Source of the DNA: a virus
Lineage: Duplodnaviria; Caudoviricetes
Strand: one strand, 5' to 3'
Length of the DNA stretch: 36,991 nt
IMG/VR virus record: IMGVR_UViG_3300044711_000071
Coordinates: 1 to 36,991 of that record
Below, one piece after another: positions 1 to 7,724 of this stretch. Position 1 is the stretch's first letter; every line of letters starts with the position of its first letter. A model generated the notes under the pieces. It worked only from the letters and a program-made list of their open reading frames with translations. It ran no database searches and was not told the origin of the DNA. The translations under genes and the position numbers were made by a program.

Positions 1-705
1 ATCCGAGGGGACCACACGAAGATCGTCGTCGCGCAGAACGACACGAACCGGCTCATCGAGTTCACGCCGCAGAACGAGACCGCCGTCGAGCACGTTCAGG
101 ATGCGCTCTGCGACGGGAACTACGTCCACGACGACCGGACGACCGGATTCTATACTTTTGGGATCGCGGTGACCGCCAAGCACGTCGTCGTCCGCAACAA
201 CGCCATCGTCGGCAGCCCCACGGCCGTGGGCGTGTTCGGCCAATCGCAGCTGCCGATTAGCTGGGTGGACCTGATCACGGTCTACAATAACACCTCGCGG
301 TTTTTCCCCGCCTCCTACCCGACGGACTTCGGGGCTCAATTCGCCGATCAGAGCGGGACGACCGGTAGCATCGTCGTGCGCAACAACATCTTCACGCTCA
401 ACTTCGCGGCCATCACGTCTCCCGTGCTGTTCCTGCACGCGACCGGCAGCGGCACGCACAGCGAGGACCACAATCTTGGCTACGACCCGAACACGACGAT
501 CCATCCGAGCTCTGGCGGAGCCGGTGACATCGTGGGAAACCCCCAGTTCGTGGCGACGAGCGGCGCGACCGCGTTCCGTATCGGCAACACGTCGGCGGCT
601 CGAAATACCGGCACGCCGACCGCGGCCTACCAGGACAGCGCGTCAGTAACCCGCCCCAAGGAAGGCACGTACGATATCGGTGCCTTTGAGTTCTACGCAC
701 CATGA
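1..705 (+). CDS. C-terminal part of exported right-handed beta-helix protein (continues from 35663..36991 across the circular junction)
   Basis: Frame 1 is open from base 1 (IRGDHTKIVVAQN...). It has VVVRNN / ITVYNNT / IVVRNNI beta-helix repeats and a C-terminal GNPQFV...YDIGAFE motif of choice-of-anchor Q type. Confidence 0.8.
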   Translation: MRGDHTKIVVAQNDTNRLIEFTPQNETAVEHVQDALCDGNYVHDDRTTGFYTFGIAVTAKHVVVRNNAIVGSPTAVGVFGQSQLPISWVDLITVYNNTSRFFPASYPTDFGAQFADQSGTTGSIVVRNNIFTLNFAAITSPVLFLHATGSGTHSEDHNLGYDPNTTIHPSSGGAGDIVGNPQFVATSGATAFRIGNTSAARNTGTPTAAYQDSASVTRPKEGTYDIGAFEFYAP

Positions 706-711
706 GCGCCG

Positions 712-1032
712 ATGGGGAATCTCGAACGACTGAAGGCCGCGTGGGAGGAGGACGCCCGCGACCGCTTGGCCGATCCCGAGGCTCACGCCGGGGAGTTGAC
801 CGCCGGCGGCAGGCTGCGCCGGGCGCGAGCGTGGTTCTCCCGCGGTGTCACCATATGGACGCCGCGCTTAGAGCGGCTGGGGAAGTGGATCGCCGCCCTG
901 GCGCTTGTCGTCGGTGGACTGGCGAAGATCATCCACGACATGCGGGCCACGGCAGTGGCACCCGCGGAGCTTCCGAAAACAGGGGTGGCGTCAACGTCGG
1001 TGGATCGGGTGGAACGACCGAAAGCCCCGTGA
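712..1032 (+). CDS. Membrane protein in lysis region (holin/antiholin-like candidate)
   Basis: One hydrophobic segment (WIAALALVVGGLAKII); lies upstream of the endolysin. Confidence 0.45.
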   Translation: MGNLERLKAAWEEDARDRLADPEAHAGELTAGGRLRRARAWFSRGVTIWTPRLERLGKWIAALALVVGGLAKIIHDMRATAVAPAELPKTGVASTSVDRVERPKAP

Positions 1033-1038
1033 GGAGCC

Positions 1039-1344
1039 GTGACAGATGAAGAACGCGACCGCCGACTCTCTGCCGTCGAGATGGATATCGTCCACCTCCG
1101 AATCGCCTACCGCGCCCTTGGGGACGCCTGGGGATTATTTGGAGATCGCCTCAGAGGCACTCGACCGGATGAGTGCGAGGCGTTCTACGACCGATGGCGG
1201 GAACTGCGACGCCGGGCTGACTCCGAAGCGGAGCGCCTGGCTGAGGAGATTTTCGAGGCAAATGTCGGCATCACGAACGACGGACCAGACCGATGGACGC
1301 GAGACCTCGACCGAATGAACCACGACGGAAACAAGGAGAAGTGA
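1039..1344 (+). CDS. Hypothetical protein
   Basis: AGGAG RBS before GTG; helical charged composition; fits operon spacing. Confidence 0.55.
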   Translation: MTDEERDRRLSAVEMDIVHLRIAYRALGDAWGLFGDRLRGTRPDECEAFYDRWRELRRRADSEAERLAEEIFEANVGITNDGPDRWTRDLDRMNHDGNKEK

Positions 1345-1348
1345 CCCC

Positions 1349-1624
1349 ATGAACGACAAGCCCGCGATCATTGCCCAGCAGACCCAGGCCGCCACCGCGA
1401 AGGCAGCCGCCGCGCTGGAGGCCCTCCCGCCGAGCGCGGGGCGCAACAACCTGTTGAAGGTGCTCAGCATCGTGGGCGTGGCCGCTGGCGTGGTCACTGC
1501 TGCCGCTACTGGCGGGGTGGCCGCTGCTGTCGGCGTGGGCGTCACCGGCCTGATCGGCATCATCTCGGCGTGGAATCACCCGACACCCACGGCGACGGCG
1601 GCGTTCGGCCCCGAGGCGAAGTGA
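1349..1624 (+). CDS. Putative holin (two Gly/Ala-rich TM segments)
   Basis: AAGGAG RBS; hydrophobic LSIVGVAAGVVTAAATGGVAAAVGVGVTGLIGIISAW; close to endolysin. Confidence 0.55.
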   Translation: MNDKPAIIAQQTQAATAKAAAALEALPPSAGRNNLLKVLSIVGVAAGVVTAAATGGVAAAVGVGVTGLIGIISAWNHPTPTATAAFGPEAK

Positions 1625-1710
1625 CCAACCTCGAGGCGATTGGCCTCCTGGCGGCCTGGGTTCTCCTCGGATTCGTCGGCGTGTTCGTGGTCGTGAGGCT
1701 GTTCAAGTGA
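1621..1710 (+). CDS. Small single-TM peptide (29 aa, MTNLEAIGLLAAWVLLGFVGVFVVVRLFK), lysis accessory candidate
   Basis: Not in the ORF track. GTGA overlaps couple it to both neighbours; almost entirely hydrophobic. Confidence 0.55.
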   Translation: MTNLEAIGLLAAWVLLGFVGVFVVVRLFK

Positions 1711-2153
1711 GCCTGACCGACGGCCGGCACTTCAAGGCGAGCGAGTTCGCCTGCCACGACGCCGAGCGCACGCCCTACCCAGAGGCATGGGCGGACCGCT
1801 GGCGACTCCTGGTGGGCATGTGCGACGCGATCCGTGATCAGTGGGGGGACTCCCTCTACGTGGTGAGCGGCTACCGAACCCCCGAGCACAATGTCGAGCT
1901 ACTGAAGCGTGACGCGCTCCTCGGCTCCCACCAGGTCGCCTCGAGCTCGTACCACATGAGCGGGCAGGCGGCCGACCTCCGCCCGTCCAGGGCCGACCAA
2001 GTGGAACCCCTGTTGGCGCTCATCCTGCGCATGCACGCAGCCGGCGAGCTGCCGATGCTGGGGGGGTGCGCCTCATACCCCAAGTCGGCTTGGACGCACG
2101 TCGACACGGGCAAGGCCCCCGACGGGCATCTTCGCCGCTGGCAGGGCGTTTAG
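1707..2153 (+). CDS. Endolysin, peptidase M15A family
   Basis: HFKASEFACHD, VVSGYRTPEHN, SSYHMSGQAADL and WTHVD Zn-peptidase motifs. Confidence 0.9.
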   Translation: MSLTDGRHFKASEFACHDAERTPYPEAWADRWRLLVGMCDAIRDQWGDSLYVVSGYRTPEHNVELLKRDALLGSHQVASSSYHMSGQAADLRPSRADQVEPLLALILRMHAAGELPMLGGCASYPKSAWTHVDTGKAPDGHLRRWQGV

Positions 2154-2380
2154 CCGCCCCGCACCCCGCACGCACGCGCGAGCTTCTGAGCGACGACAGC
2201 AGCCGTACCGGGGTCGGTGCCACCCGCAATCAGTTCGTCGCGCAGCGCGAGGATGGCGGCCCCTACGCCCCGCTTAAAGCCAAGGTCGTAGCCCTCGCAG
2301 AACCCCAGCAGGCCGAGGGGTGCCATGGCCGTGACGACGGTGGGCGCTCCCCAGTCGCGAGATAGAGCGTCATCGTCCAC
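2150..2380 (-). CDS. Hypothetical protein (start uncertain: GTG 2380 or ATG 2326)
   Basis: Follows VRR-NUC in the leftward operon; its stop overlaps the endolysin stop. Confidence 0.4.
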   Translation of the reverse strand: MDDDALSRDWGAPTVVTAMAPLGLLGFCEGYDLGFKRGVGAAILALRDELIAGGTDPGTAAVVAQKLARACGVRGG

Positions 2381-2381
2381 G

Positions 2382-2666
2382 TCACAGCAGCCCGCACGCC
2401 CGCAGGGCGTCCTCAACCGAGTGGCACACGACGACCGCGGGGCCACCGGAGCTCACCCAGCGCGCGTGCCAGTCCCTTTGCGCATCGTTGAGCCTCCCCC
2501 CTGGGGACTTCATCTCGAGCAGCCGCACGCCGCACCGGGGGTGCGTCACCAGCAGGTCCGGCATTCCTCCCCGCCCGTTGCCTCCCTCGGGGTCGAGATA
2601 CATCACCATCGCGCCGGCGGTGCGGAGCGCACTGACGGCCGCTGCTGTGATTCGGTCGCTGTTCAT
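2382..2666 (-). CDS. VRR-NUC domain nuclease (PD-(D/E)XK; probable Holliday junction resolvase)
   Basis: GMPDLLV...LLEMKSPGGRLNDAQRDW...VCHSVEDAL signature. Confidence 0.88.
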   Translation of the reverse strand: MNSDRITAAAVSALRTAGAMVMYLDPEGGNGRGGMPDLLVTHPRCGVRLLEMKSPGGRLNDAQRDWHARWVSSGGPAVVVCHSVEDALRACGLL

Positions 2667-3184
2667 CGGCTAACCGGCTCCGTATCCAGCGCCGCGCGCG
2701 CCTCGTTGATCATGCCGCGCTTCACGGCCAGCTCCAGCTGCGCGGCGCCCAGCGCGTCGGACATGCGCCGGTTGTTCCCCGCAAGTAGCTCGCCCTCGCG
2801 GCGATAGTATTCGCGCACCTCGGCCAGCTCTTTGCTGCGGGATTCTCGTTCGTCGGCCAACTCCCGCCCCAGATGCTCGTTCTCGCCTGACAGCCTGTTC
2901 GCTACACCCTGTGCCATGTCGCGCTCCCGCTCGAGGCGGGCGATGGTGGCGCGCAGCTCGGCGATAGGTTCCGCGTGATATGCGCGGGCGCGAGCCTCCC
3001 AGTCGCACCCTCCGCATTCTCGGCATCGAATATCTACCGCAGGCTTCGCCGGCTCCTCGGGGACTACCTCCCACGGTCCAGCCTCACGCCAGCGCAGAAG
3101 GCGATGAATCCGGATCGCCGGGGGCGCATCCAGGGTCACCCACGTCGTTCCCCCGTCGTTGCTCCCCTGATATTCGCGGGTCAC
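2663..3184 (-). CDS. Hypothetical protein with CxxCxxC motif and coiled coil
   Basis: GTG overlaps the RHH stop (GTGA); CRECGGC followed by a heptad-rich C-terminus. Confidence 0.6.
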   Translation of the reverse strand: MTREYQGSNDGGTTWVTLDAPPAIRIHRLLRWREAGPWEVVPEEPAKPAVDIRCRECGGCDWEARARAYHAEPIAELRATIARLERERDMAQGVANRLSGENEHLGRELADERESRSKELAEVREYYRREGELLAGNNRRMSDALGAAQLELAVKRGMINEARAALDTEPVSR

Positions 3185-3315
3185 TTCGCCGCCTTGTCGA
3201 CGCAGGCCCGGACGAACGCCGATAGCGACATCCGAGCCTTGTCGGCTGCCTTCTTCCAGCGTGCCAGCATCTCGGGGGGCAGCTTCATGTGTAGGATTCC
3301 GGTGTGTGTCTTCAT
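3181..3315 (-). CDS. Ribbon-helix-helix (CopG/Arc-like) regulator, 44 aa MKTHTGILHMKLPPEMLARWKKAADKARMSLSAFVRACVDKAAK
   Basis: Not in the ORF track. Beta-strand (ILHMKL) plus helix plus MSLSAFVR helix matches the RHH pattern; first gene of the leftward operon. Confidence 0.8.
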   Translation of the reverse strand: MKTHTGILHMKLPPEMLARWKKAADKARMSLSAFVRACVDKAAK

Positions 3316-3324
3316 CGTGAAGAC

Positions 3325-3353
3325 AGCCTAATTCGGGGGTCGTAAAAAAACAA
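3325..3353 (-). promoter_or_regulatory. Leftward sigma70-like promoter
   Basis: TTGTTT (3353-3348), 17 bp spacer, TAGGCT (3330-3325); 9 nt before the RHH ATG. Confidence 0.55.
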
Positions 3354-3363
3354 CATAAAGTTG

Positions 3364-3392
3364 TTGACCGGTATATACCGACGTGGCATCTT
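3364..3392 (+). promoter_or_regulatory. Rightward early sigma70-like promoter with palindromic operator
   Basis: TTGACC (3364-3369), 17 bp spacer, CATCTT (3387-3392). The perfect palindrome CGGTATATACCG at 3369-3380 lies in the spacer. Confidence 0.7.
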
Positions 3393-3398
3393 GAGGGC

Positions 3399-3512
3399 AT
3401 GAACACCAACGAAGCGGTTCCCGAGTACATCGAAGTTGAGCTGAGCGACTTCTTCGACGACAGCGAGCCAGACGATAGCCGGGAGTACGAAGACTCGGAG
3501 GTGTCGTGGTGA
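3399..3512 (+). CDS. Highly acidic 37-aa peptide MNTNEAVPEYIEVELSDFFDDSEPDDSREYEDSEVSW
   Basis: Not in the ORF track. ATG lies 6 nt after the -10 box; stop overlaps the next GTG (GTGA). Confidence 0.65.
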   Translation: MNTNEAVPEYIEVELSDFFDDSEPDDSREYEDSEVSW

Positions 3513-3727
3513 GCGGCGACGAGCTGCTTGCCGTCGGGGCGCGCATCGCCAAGGCGGACCTAGAGAGGGCGCGGGTCGAGCGCCTTCCGCCTCGCTGCAA
3601 GACGCACGGTTGCGAGATGTCGGAGCAGGAGGACGGCTGGCTGTGCGCCGCGTGCGAGGACGGTGACGACTTCGACCGCAACGCCTGCCCCGGATGCGGC
3701 GGCTCCTGCCAGACGGCGTGCCGATGA
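3509..3727 (+). CDS. Cys-rich (Zn-binding) hypothetical protein
   Basis: GGAGG RBS; CxxH...CxxC...CxxCxxxCxxxC. Confidence 0.6.
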   Translation: MSGDELLAVGARIAKADLERARVERLPPRCKTHGCEMSEQEDGWLCAACEDGDDFDRNACPGCGGSCQTACR

Positions 3728-4083
3728 CCGCCGATCGCGACCTGGAGAAGCTGATCGACATCGTGGCGAATGGAATCCGCGTGCTGCGGACCCGCGACAA
3801 GGTGGCAGTGACCGACGCCCAGTGCATCGAGAGGGCTCGCAACATCGTCTCGGCTGTCATCGTGACGTTCGAGCTGCGCTCGCTGCCGCCCATGCCAGGG
3901 GAGGGCGTCCCCGAGCCCATCGACGAGCAGCTGGCCCACCCGCAGGCGCTCCCCGCAATGAAGATCAAGGAATGGGCGCGGCTGGACTTCGACACGCCGC
4001 TGATTCATGGCCCGAAGCCGTACCACGGCTGGTCGTGCCGCTGTGACACCTGTGACCTCTACAAACGGAGCGTGAAGACATGA
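3724..4083 (+). CDS. Hypothetical protein with C-terminal Cys/His cluster
   Basis: ATGA overlaps at both ends; HG...Y...CRCDTC motif. Confidence 0.6.
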   Translation: MTADRDLEKLIDIVANGIRVLRTRDKVAVTDAQCIERARNIVSAVIVTFELRSLPPMPGEGVPEPIDEQLAHPQALPAMKIKEWARLDFDTPLIHGPKPYHGWSCRCDTCDLYKRSVKT

Positions 4084-5261
4084 CGACTGCACTGGTGCCC
4101 CACGGGGGCCGGGAAGAGTTCGATGAGGCGAAGATCGCCCTCATCAAGCGGACCATCGCCAAGGACGCCACCACCGACGAGCTGCAGCTGTTCGTCCAGG
4201 TGTGCCAGCGGACGGGGCTAGACCCCTTCGCGCGGCAGATTTACTGCATCCACCGGGGCGGGAAGATGGGGATTCAGACCAGCATCGACGGCTTCCGCCT
4301 CATCGCCGAGCGCAACGGCCACTATGCCGGGCAGCTGGGGCCGTTCTGGTGCGGCGAGGACGGGGAATGGCGGGACGTCTGGCTCTCGCCGAAGGCCCCG
4401 GCCGCCGCGAAGGTTGGCGTGCTTCGCCACGACTTCAAGGAGCCCGCGTGGGCGGTGGCGAACTTCTCGTTCTACGCCCAAGGCGGCCCCATGTGGCAGA
4501 AGGGCGGCCCTCACATGCTGGCGAAGTGCGCAGAGGCCCTGGCGCTGCGCAAGGCGTTCCCTCAAGAGCTGTCCGGGCTCTACACCGGGGACGAGATGGA
4601 CCAGGCGCCAGCTCCCGAGTACGCGCCCCCAAAAGGCGAAGCGTCGGGCGGCCAGAAAGCTACGGAGAGCACGCCACCGACGCAATCAACGAATACCCCC
4701 ACTTCGACGACTGGGAGCCGTAAGAAGCCGATCGCGGGCGGCGCGCTCCCCGCCAACGACGTGAAGGCGAAGCAAGGCGACCCAGTGAGCAAGGCGAACC
4801 AGTGGGCCGTGATCCATCAGCTGCGGGAGAAGATTCCGGGCTGGGCCGGCGACCATTCACACCCCGAGCACGGGTACAGCGTGGCCCTACGCGCGTACAA
4901 GAAGCACGACGGCACCGCATGCTCGTCCTCGAAGCACCTGACGTACGACCAGGCCGCGAACCTTATCCGCCGCATGCAAGGGAAGGTCGACAAGAACGAC
5001 TCGCGCGGCGCGGAGCCTATCGACCTGTCGCCCATCATCCCGATCAACCGGGAGAAGGCGCCACCCGAGGCAGCTATCGCCATCGCTGGCGCTCTCAAGA
5101 CGCGGGACATGGACGCCGCCGAGCTGTGTTCCATCTTCGGGGTGGACGACATCACCGAGATTGCCGCCGAGGACGCGGACAAGGCGCTCGCGCTGGTCTT
5201 TGCCTGGGGGACTGGGAACTACGGGCGGATTCTTGCCAGCGTTACGGGGGTGCCGCAATGA
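4080..5261 (+). CDS. bet: Phage ssDNA-annealing recombinase Bet/RecT family with C-terminal extension
   Basis: [63 protein letters not shown]. Confidence 0.92.
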   Translation: MTTALVPHGGREEFDEAKIALIKRTIAKDATTDELQLFVQVCQRTGLDPFARQIYCIHRGGKMGIQTSIDGFRLIAERNGHYAGQLGPFWCGEDGEWRDVWLSPKAPAAAKVGVLRHDFKEPAWAVANFSFYAQGGPMWQKGGPHMLAKCAEALALRKAFPQELSGLYTGDEMDQAPAPEYAPPKGEASGGQKATESTPPTQSTNTPTSTTGSRKKPIAGGALPANDVKAKQGDPVSKANQWAVIHQLREKIPGWAGDHSHPEHGYSVALRAYKKHDGTACSSSKHLTYDQAANLIRRMQGKVDKNDSRGAEPIDLSPIIPINREKAPPEAAIAIAGALKTRDMDAAELCSIFGVDDITEIAAEDADKALALVFAWGTGNYGRILASVTGVPQ

Positions 5262-5356
5262 AAACCGGACTTCGAATCGCAGCGCGCAAGGTGCTGGGGA
5301 TCATCCTGGCGTGCATCTTCTGGGTAATTGTCCTCAGTATGGGGAGCGCGCCGTGA
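5258..5356 (+). CDS. Small membrane peptide (32 aa)
   Basis: [32 protein letters not shown]; coupled to neighbours by ATGA/GTGA overlaps. Confidence 0.55.
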   Translation: MKTGLRIAARKVLGIILACIFWVIVLSMGSAP

Positions 5357-5547
5357 CGGGGAGGGTAATCTTCCCCGGCGACGAGGCCCACGGGATGCGC
5401 GTGGCGTACCTGGGGCGAGCTGGTGGCTACGAGTGGGTCAGGGCGCTCGAGGATCGCGGTGGCGAGCTCCCGGTGAAGGCCGGGGCAGAGTTCGTCTGGT
5501 CGATCGAGAACATCGAGCTCGACGTGCAGCTTGAGCTTTTTTCTTAG
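5353..5547 (+). CDS. Hypothetical protein ending in a beta-clamp-binding-like motif (QLELF)
   Basis: GTGA overlap and GGGAG RBS; C-terminal QLELFS. Confidence 0.55.
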   Translation: MTGRVIFPGDEAHGMRVAYLGRAGGYEWVRALEDRGGELPVKAGAEFVWSIENIELDVQLELFS

Positions 5548-5602
5548 GGGATCGCGTAAACAAATGTTGACGGACGAGGTTCGGTTATGGTTGAAATGGA
5601 AC

Positions 5603-5673
5603 TGCGACCCACGGATGATTACGCACGTCGACAAACCTGGCCTCTCTCTCGTTCGCTCCCGCCGTGGGTCGCA
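5603..5673. other. 12-bp perfect inverted repeat enclosing 47 nt (structured RNA/attenuator candidate)
   Basis: TGCGACCCACGG (5603-5614) and CCGTGGGTCGCA (5662-5673), upstream of the replication gene. Confidence 0.5.
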
Positions 5674-5724
5674 CCCGGTTGTAGCGTTGGGGGTGAGGGG
5701 CCAGGGTTGCCGACGGGTGAATCC

Positions 5725-6351
5725 GTGACCTGTCCTCGCTGCCGACAGCAGACTGAGGTCATTAAGACGGAGCCTTCTCCGGGTGGCGCCAAGGTCCGCC
5801 TTCGTCGTTGCCGGCAACACGGACGCTTCTGGACTCGGGCCATCGAGAAGGTGACCGAATGGCTCGATGATATGGCGTTGCCCGCAACGGCTGACTCGTT
5901 GCCGGCAACTGGGAAACGACCGTTGCCGGCAACCGCAAATGCCGTTGCCCAGCCGTTGGAGGCGACGCATATATCTGCCTCTGATCCTTCTGTTTTATCT
6001 CTCTCACCTTCTAAGCCTCTGAGTCAGAGTCAGACGCGCGTTGAGCCCCCGGCGGCGTTCATGCTGGAGTGGGAGCAGACGGCCAAGAACGGCTCACGGA
6101 AGGACGCGCTTAAGGCGTGGGAGAAGCTGGGGCGTCCCGCTTTCGGCCTGGCCTGGAAAGCCTGGGAGCGATCCGAGCAGTGGGCCCCGTCATGGTTCAA
6201 CTACCCCCACGTCTCCAGCTGGCTGAATGACGGCCGCTACGAGCAGGACCCGAACGAGGCGCGCGTGAGGTCGAACACACCAGCGCTGCCGCAGAAAGTC
6301 ATGGACAGCCGCGCCGTCGCGGTGGAGTGGGCTCGAAAGGGGACGAGATGA
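5725..6351 (+). CDS. Putative replication initiator with N-terminal NrdR-like Zn ribbon
   Basis: CPRC...TEVIKT...VRLRRCRQHGRFWT at the N-terminus; C-terminal KNGSRKDALKAW...YPHVSSWLNDGRYE typical of phage replisome organisers; internal repeats; upstream of DUF6475. Confidence 0.7.
   Translation: MTCPRCRQQTEVIKTEPSPGGAKVRLRRCRQHGRFWTRAIEKVTEWLDDMALPATADSLPATGKRPLPATANAVAQPLEATHISASDPSVLSLSPSKPLSQSQTRVEPPAAFMLEWEQTAKNGSRKDALKAWEKLGRPAFGLAWKAWERSEQWAPSWFNYPHVSSWLNDGRYEQDPNEARVRSNTPALPQKVMDSRAVAVEWARKGTR
5876..6040. repeat. Putative replication origin: palindromic iterons plus a T/pyrimidine-rich tract
   Basis: GTTGCC(C/G)GCAAC at 5877, 5898 and 5922, half-site at 5944 (spacings 21, 24, 22), followed by ATATCTGCCTCTGATCCTTCTGTTTTATCTCTCTC. 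Confidence 0.7.
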
Positions 6352-6959
6352 CGAAGCGAGAGGGGTTCGTGAGCGTGATGCAGATGCTGTCCGAGACCTT
6401 CAACCGGCCGCTGTCGCCGGGGATGCTTGAGGGCTACTGGATGGCGCTCGAGCCGCTTGAGACTCCCGCGCTGGCAGCGGCGGCGAAGCGGGCGATCGTG
6501 GAATCGAAGTTCATGCCGGCGCCCGCCGAGCTGCTGGCGCTCGCTGGCCGATCCCAGCCGAGCAAGGCCGCGCAGGCGCTCTTGTGCTGGGAGAAGGTGC
6601 GGCGTGCCATCGACAAGCACGATTACCTCGTCGCTTCGATCGACTTTGGCCCCCGCGTAAACCAGGTGATCGCGCTACTGGGAGGCTGGGACACTCTCTG
6701 CCGGGCCACCCTGCCGGAACTCGACATCTGGCTTCAGAAACGGTTCTTGAGCGCGTACGAGGAGCTGGCCGATCTGCCGGTGACGTCACTTCGCGGCCAG
6801 CCGCTCGCCGGCGCCCTGCCGGCGAGGTGGAAAGACCCCATCGACGTCGTGGTTGCCATCGAAGGCGAGCCCGAGTCGAAGGCGCTTCCGGCTGTGAATC
6901 AAGAGGTACGCGAACTGCTCGAAGGACTAGCCGATTCCAAGTCAACGCAGGAGGCATAA
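6348..6959 (+). CDS. DUF6475-like protein (helicase loader/inhibitor-like replication partner)
   Basis: LEGYWMAL...SKFMPAPAEL, then WEKVRRAI...VIALLGGWDTLC; directly after the initiator. Confidence 0.75.
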   Translation: MTKREGFVSVMQMLSETFNRPLSPGMLEGYWMALEPLETPALAAAAKRAIVESKFMPAPAELLALAGRSQPSKAAQALLCWEKVRRAIDKHDYLVASIDFGPRVNQVIALLGGWDTLCRATLPELDIWLQKRFLSAYEELADLPVTSLRGQPLAGALPARWKDPIDVVVAIEGEPESKALPAVNQEVRELLEGLADSKSTQEA

Positions 6960-7264
6960 TGGGAAAGCCAAAAACAGCCGACACGCGCCCGGAACTTCCG
7001 CATCAGCCCCAGGTGGGCGATCGGATCAAGGTCAAGGAAGGACTGCGGCCCGCGCTGGTCGCCGACTGCCATAAAGCTGGGTGGCACATCGACGCGGACG
7101 CGATCCGGGTCGTCGTCCGTGAAGACCCGTTCGCGCCAGGAGGTGGGCGCCGGCTGTTCGTGGACGGTCCGCCGTTCTGCTTCGCCACAAACCAGGTGGA
7201 ACTGGCATGGAACACTGAGGACGAGCGCCGGGACATGCTGAAGGCGGACGGGTGGGCGGTATGA
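6959..7264 (+). CDS. Hypothetical protein
   Basis: GGAGG RBS; TAATG overlap with the previous stop. Confidence 0.55.
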   Translation: MGKPKTADTRPELPHQPQVGDRIKVKEGLRPALVADCHKAGWHIDADAIRVVVREDPFAPGGGRRLFVDGPPFCFATNQVELAWNTEDERRDMLKADGWAV

Positions 7265-7470
7265 TCCTCCACCAGCAAGCCCGCTCCATGGGCCCAGTCG
7301 CCTTTGTCGATCAGCACATCGCCAGATGTGGAGCTCGCCGCGCCGATGGGGCAATGTTCACCTTCAAGGGCTCCCTTGTGAGCTGCCCCGAGTGCAAGGC
7401 CCACCTCCTGGCCTCCAGGGCTCGCGCCCAGGCGACGTTTGCCGCCGTCCTGGCAGGGATGGCTAAGTAA
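7261..7470 (+). CDS. Hypothetical Cys-containing protein
   Basis: ATGA overlap; H...C...VSCPEC. Confidence 0.5.
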   Translation: MILHQQARSMGPVAFVDQHIARCGARRADGAMFTFKGSLVSCPECKAHLLASRARAQATFAAVLAGMAK

Positions 7471-7724
7471 TGTCGTACAACGAGCGCAACGCGCTGCTGG
7501 AACTCGTGGCGATGGCCTGCGGGGTGACGATCGCAGACATCCTCGGCCGCAGCCGATACCGGGAGCATGTCCAGGCCCGCCGGCGGTTCGCGATGGAGAT
7601 GCTCGAGCGGGGATGCGAGATGTCCTACATCGGCCGGGTGCTAGGCCGCGACCACACGACGATCATGCACCTCGTCGGCGCCCGCCCCGCCCGGATTCCC
7701 CGGTACCTCGGGGGTGCGCGGTGA
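7470..7724 (+). CDS. Stand-alone DnaA C-terminal (domain IV-like) HTH protein
   Basis: VAMACGVTIADILGRSR...ARR...IGRVLGRDHTTIMH. Confidence 0.85.
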   Translation: MSYNERNALLELVAMACGVTIADILGRSRYREHVQARRRFAMEMLERGCEMSYIGRVLGRDHTTIMHLVGARPARIPRYLGGAR

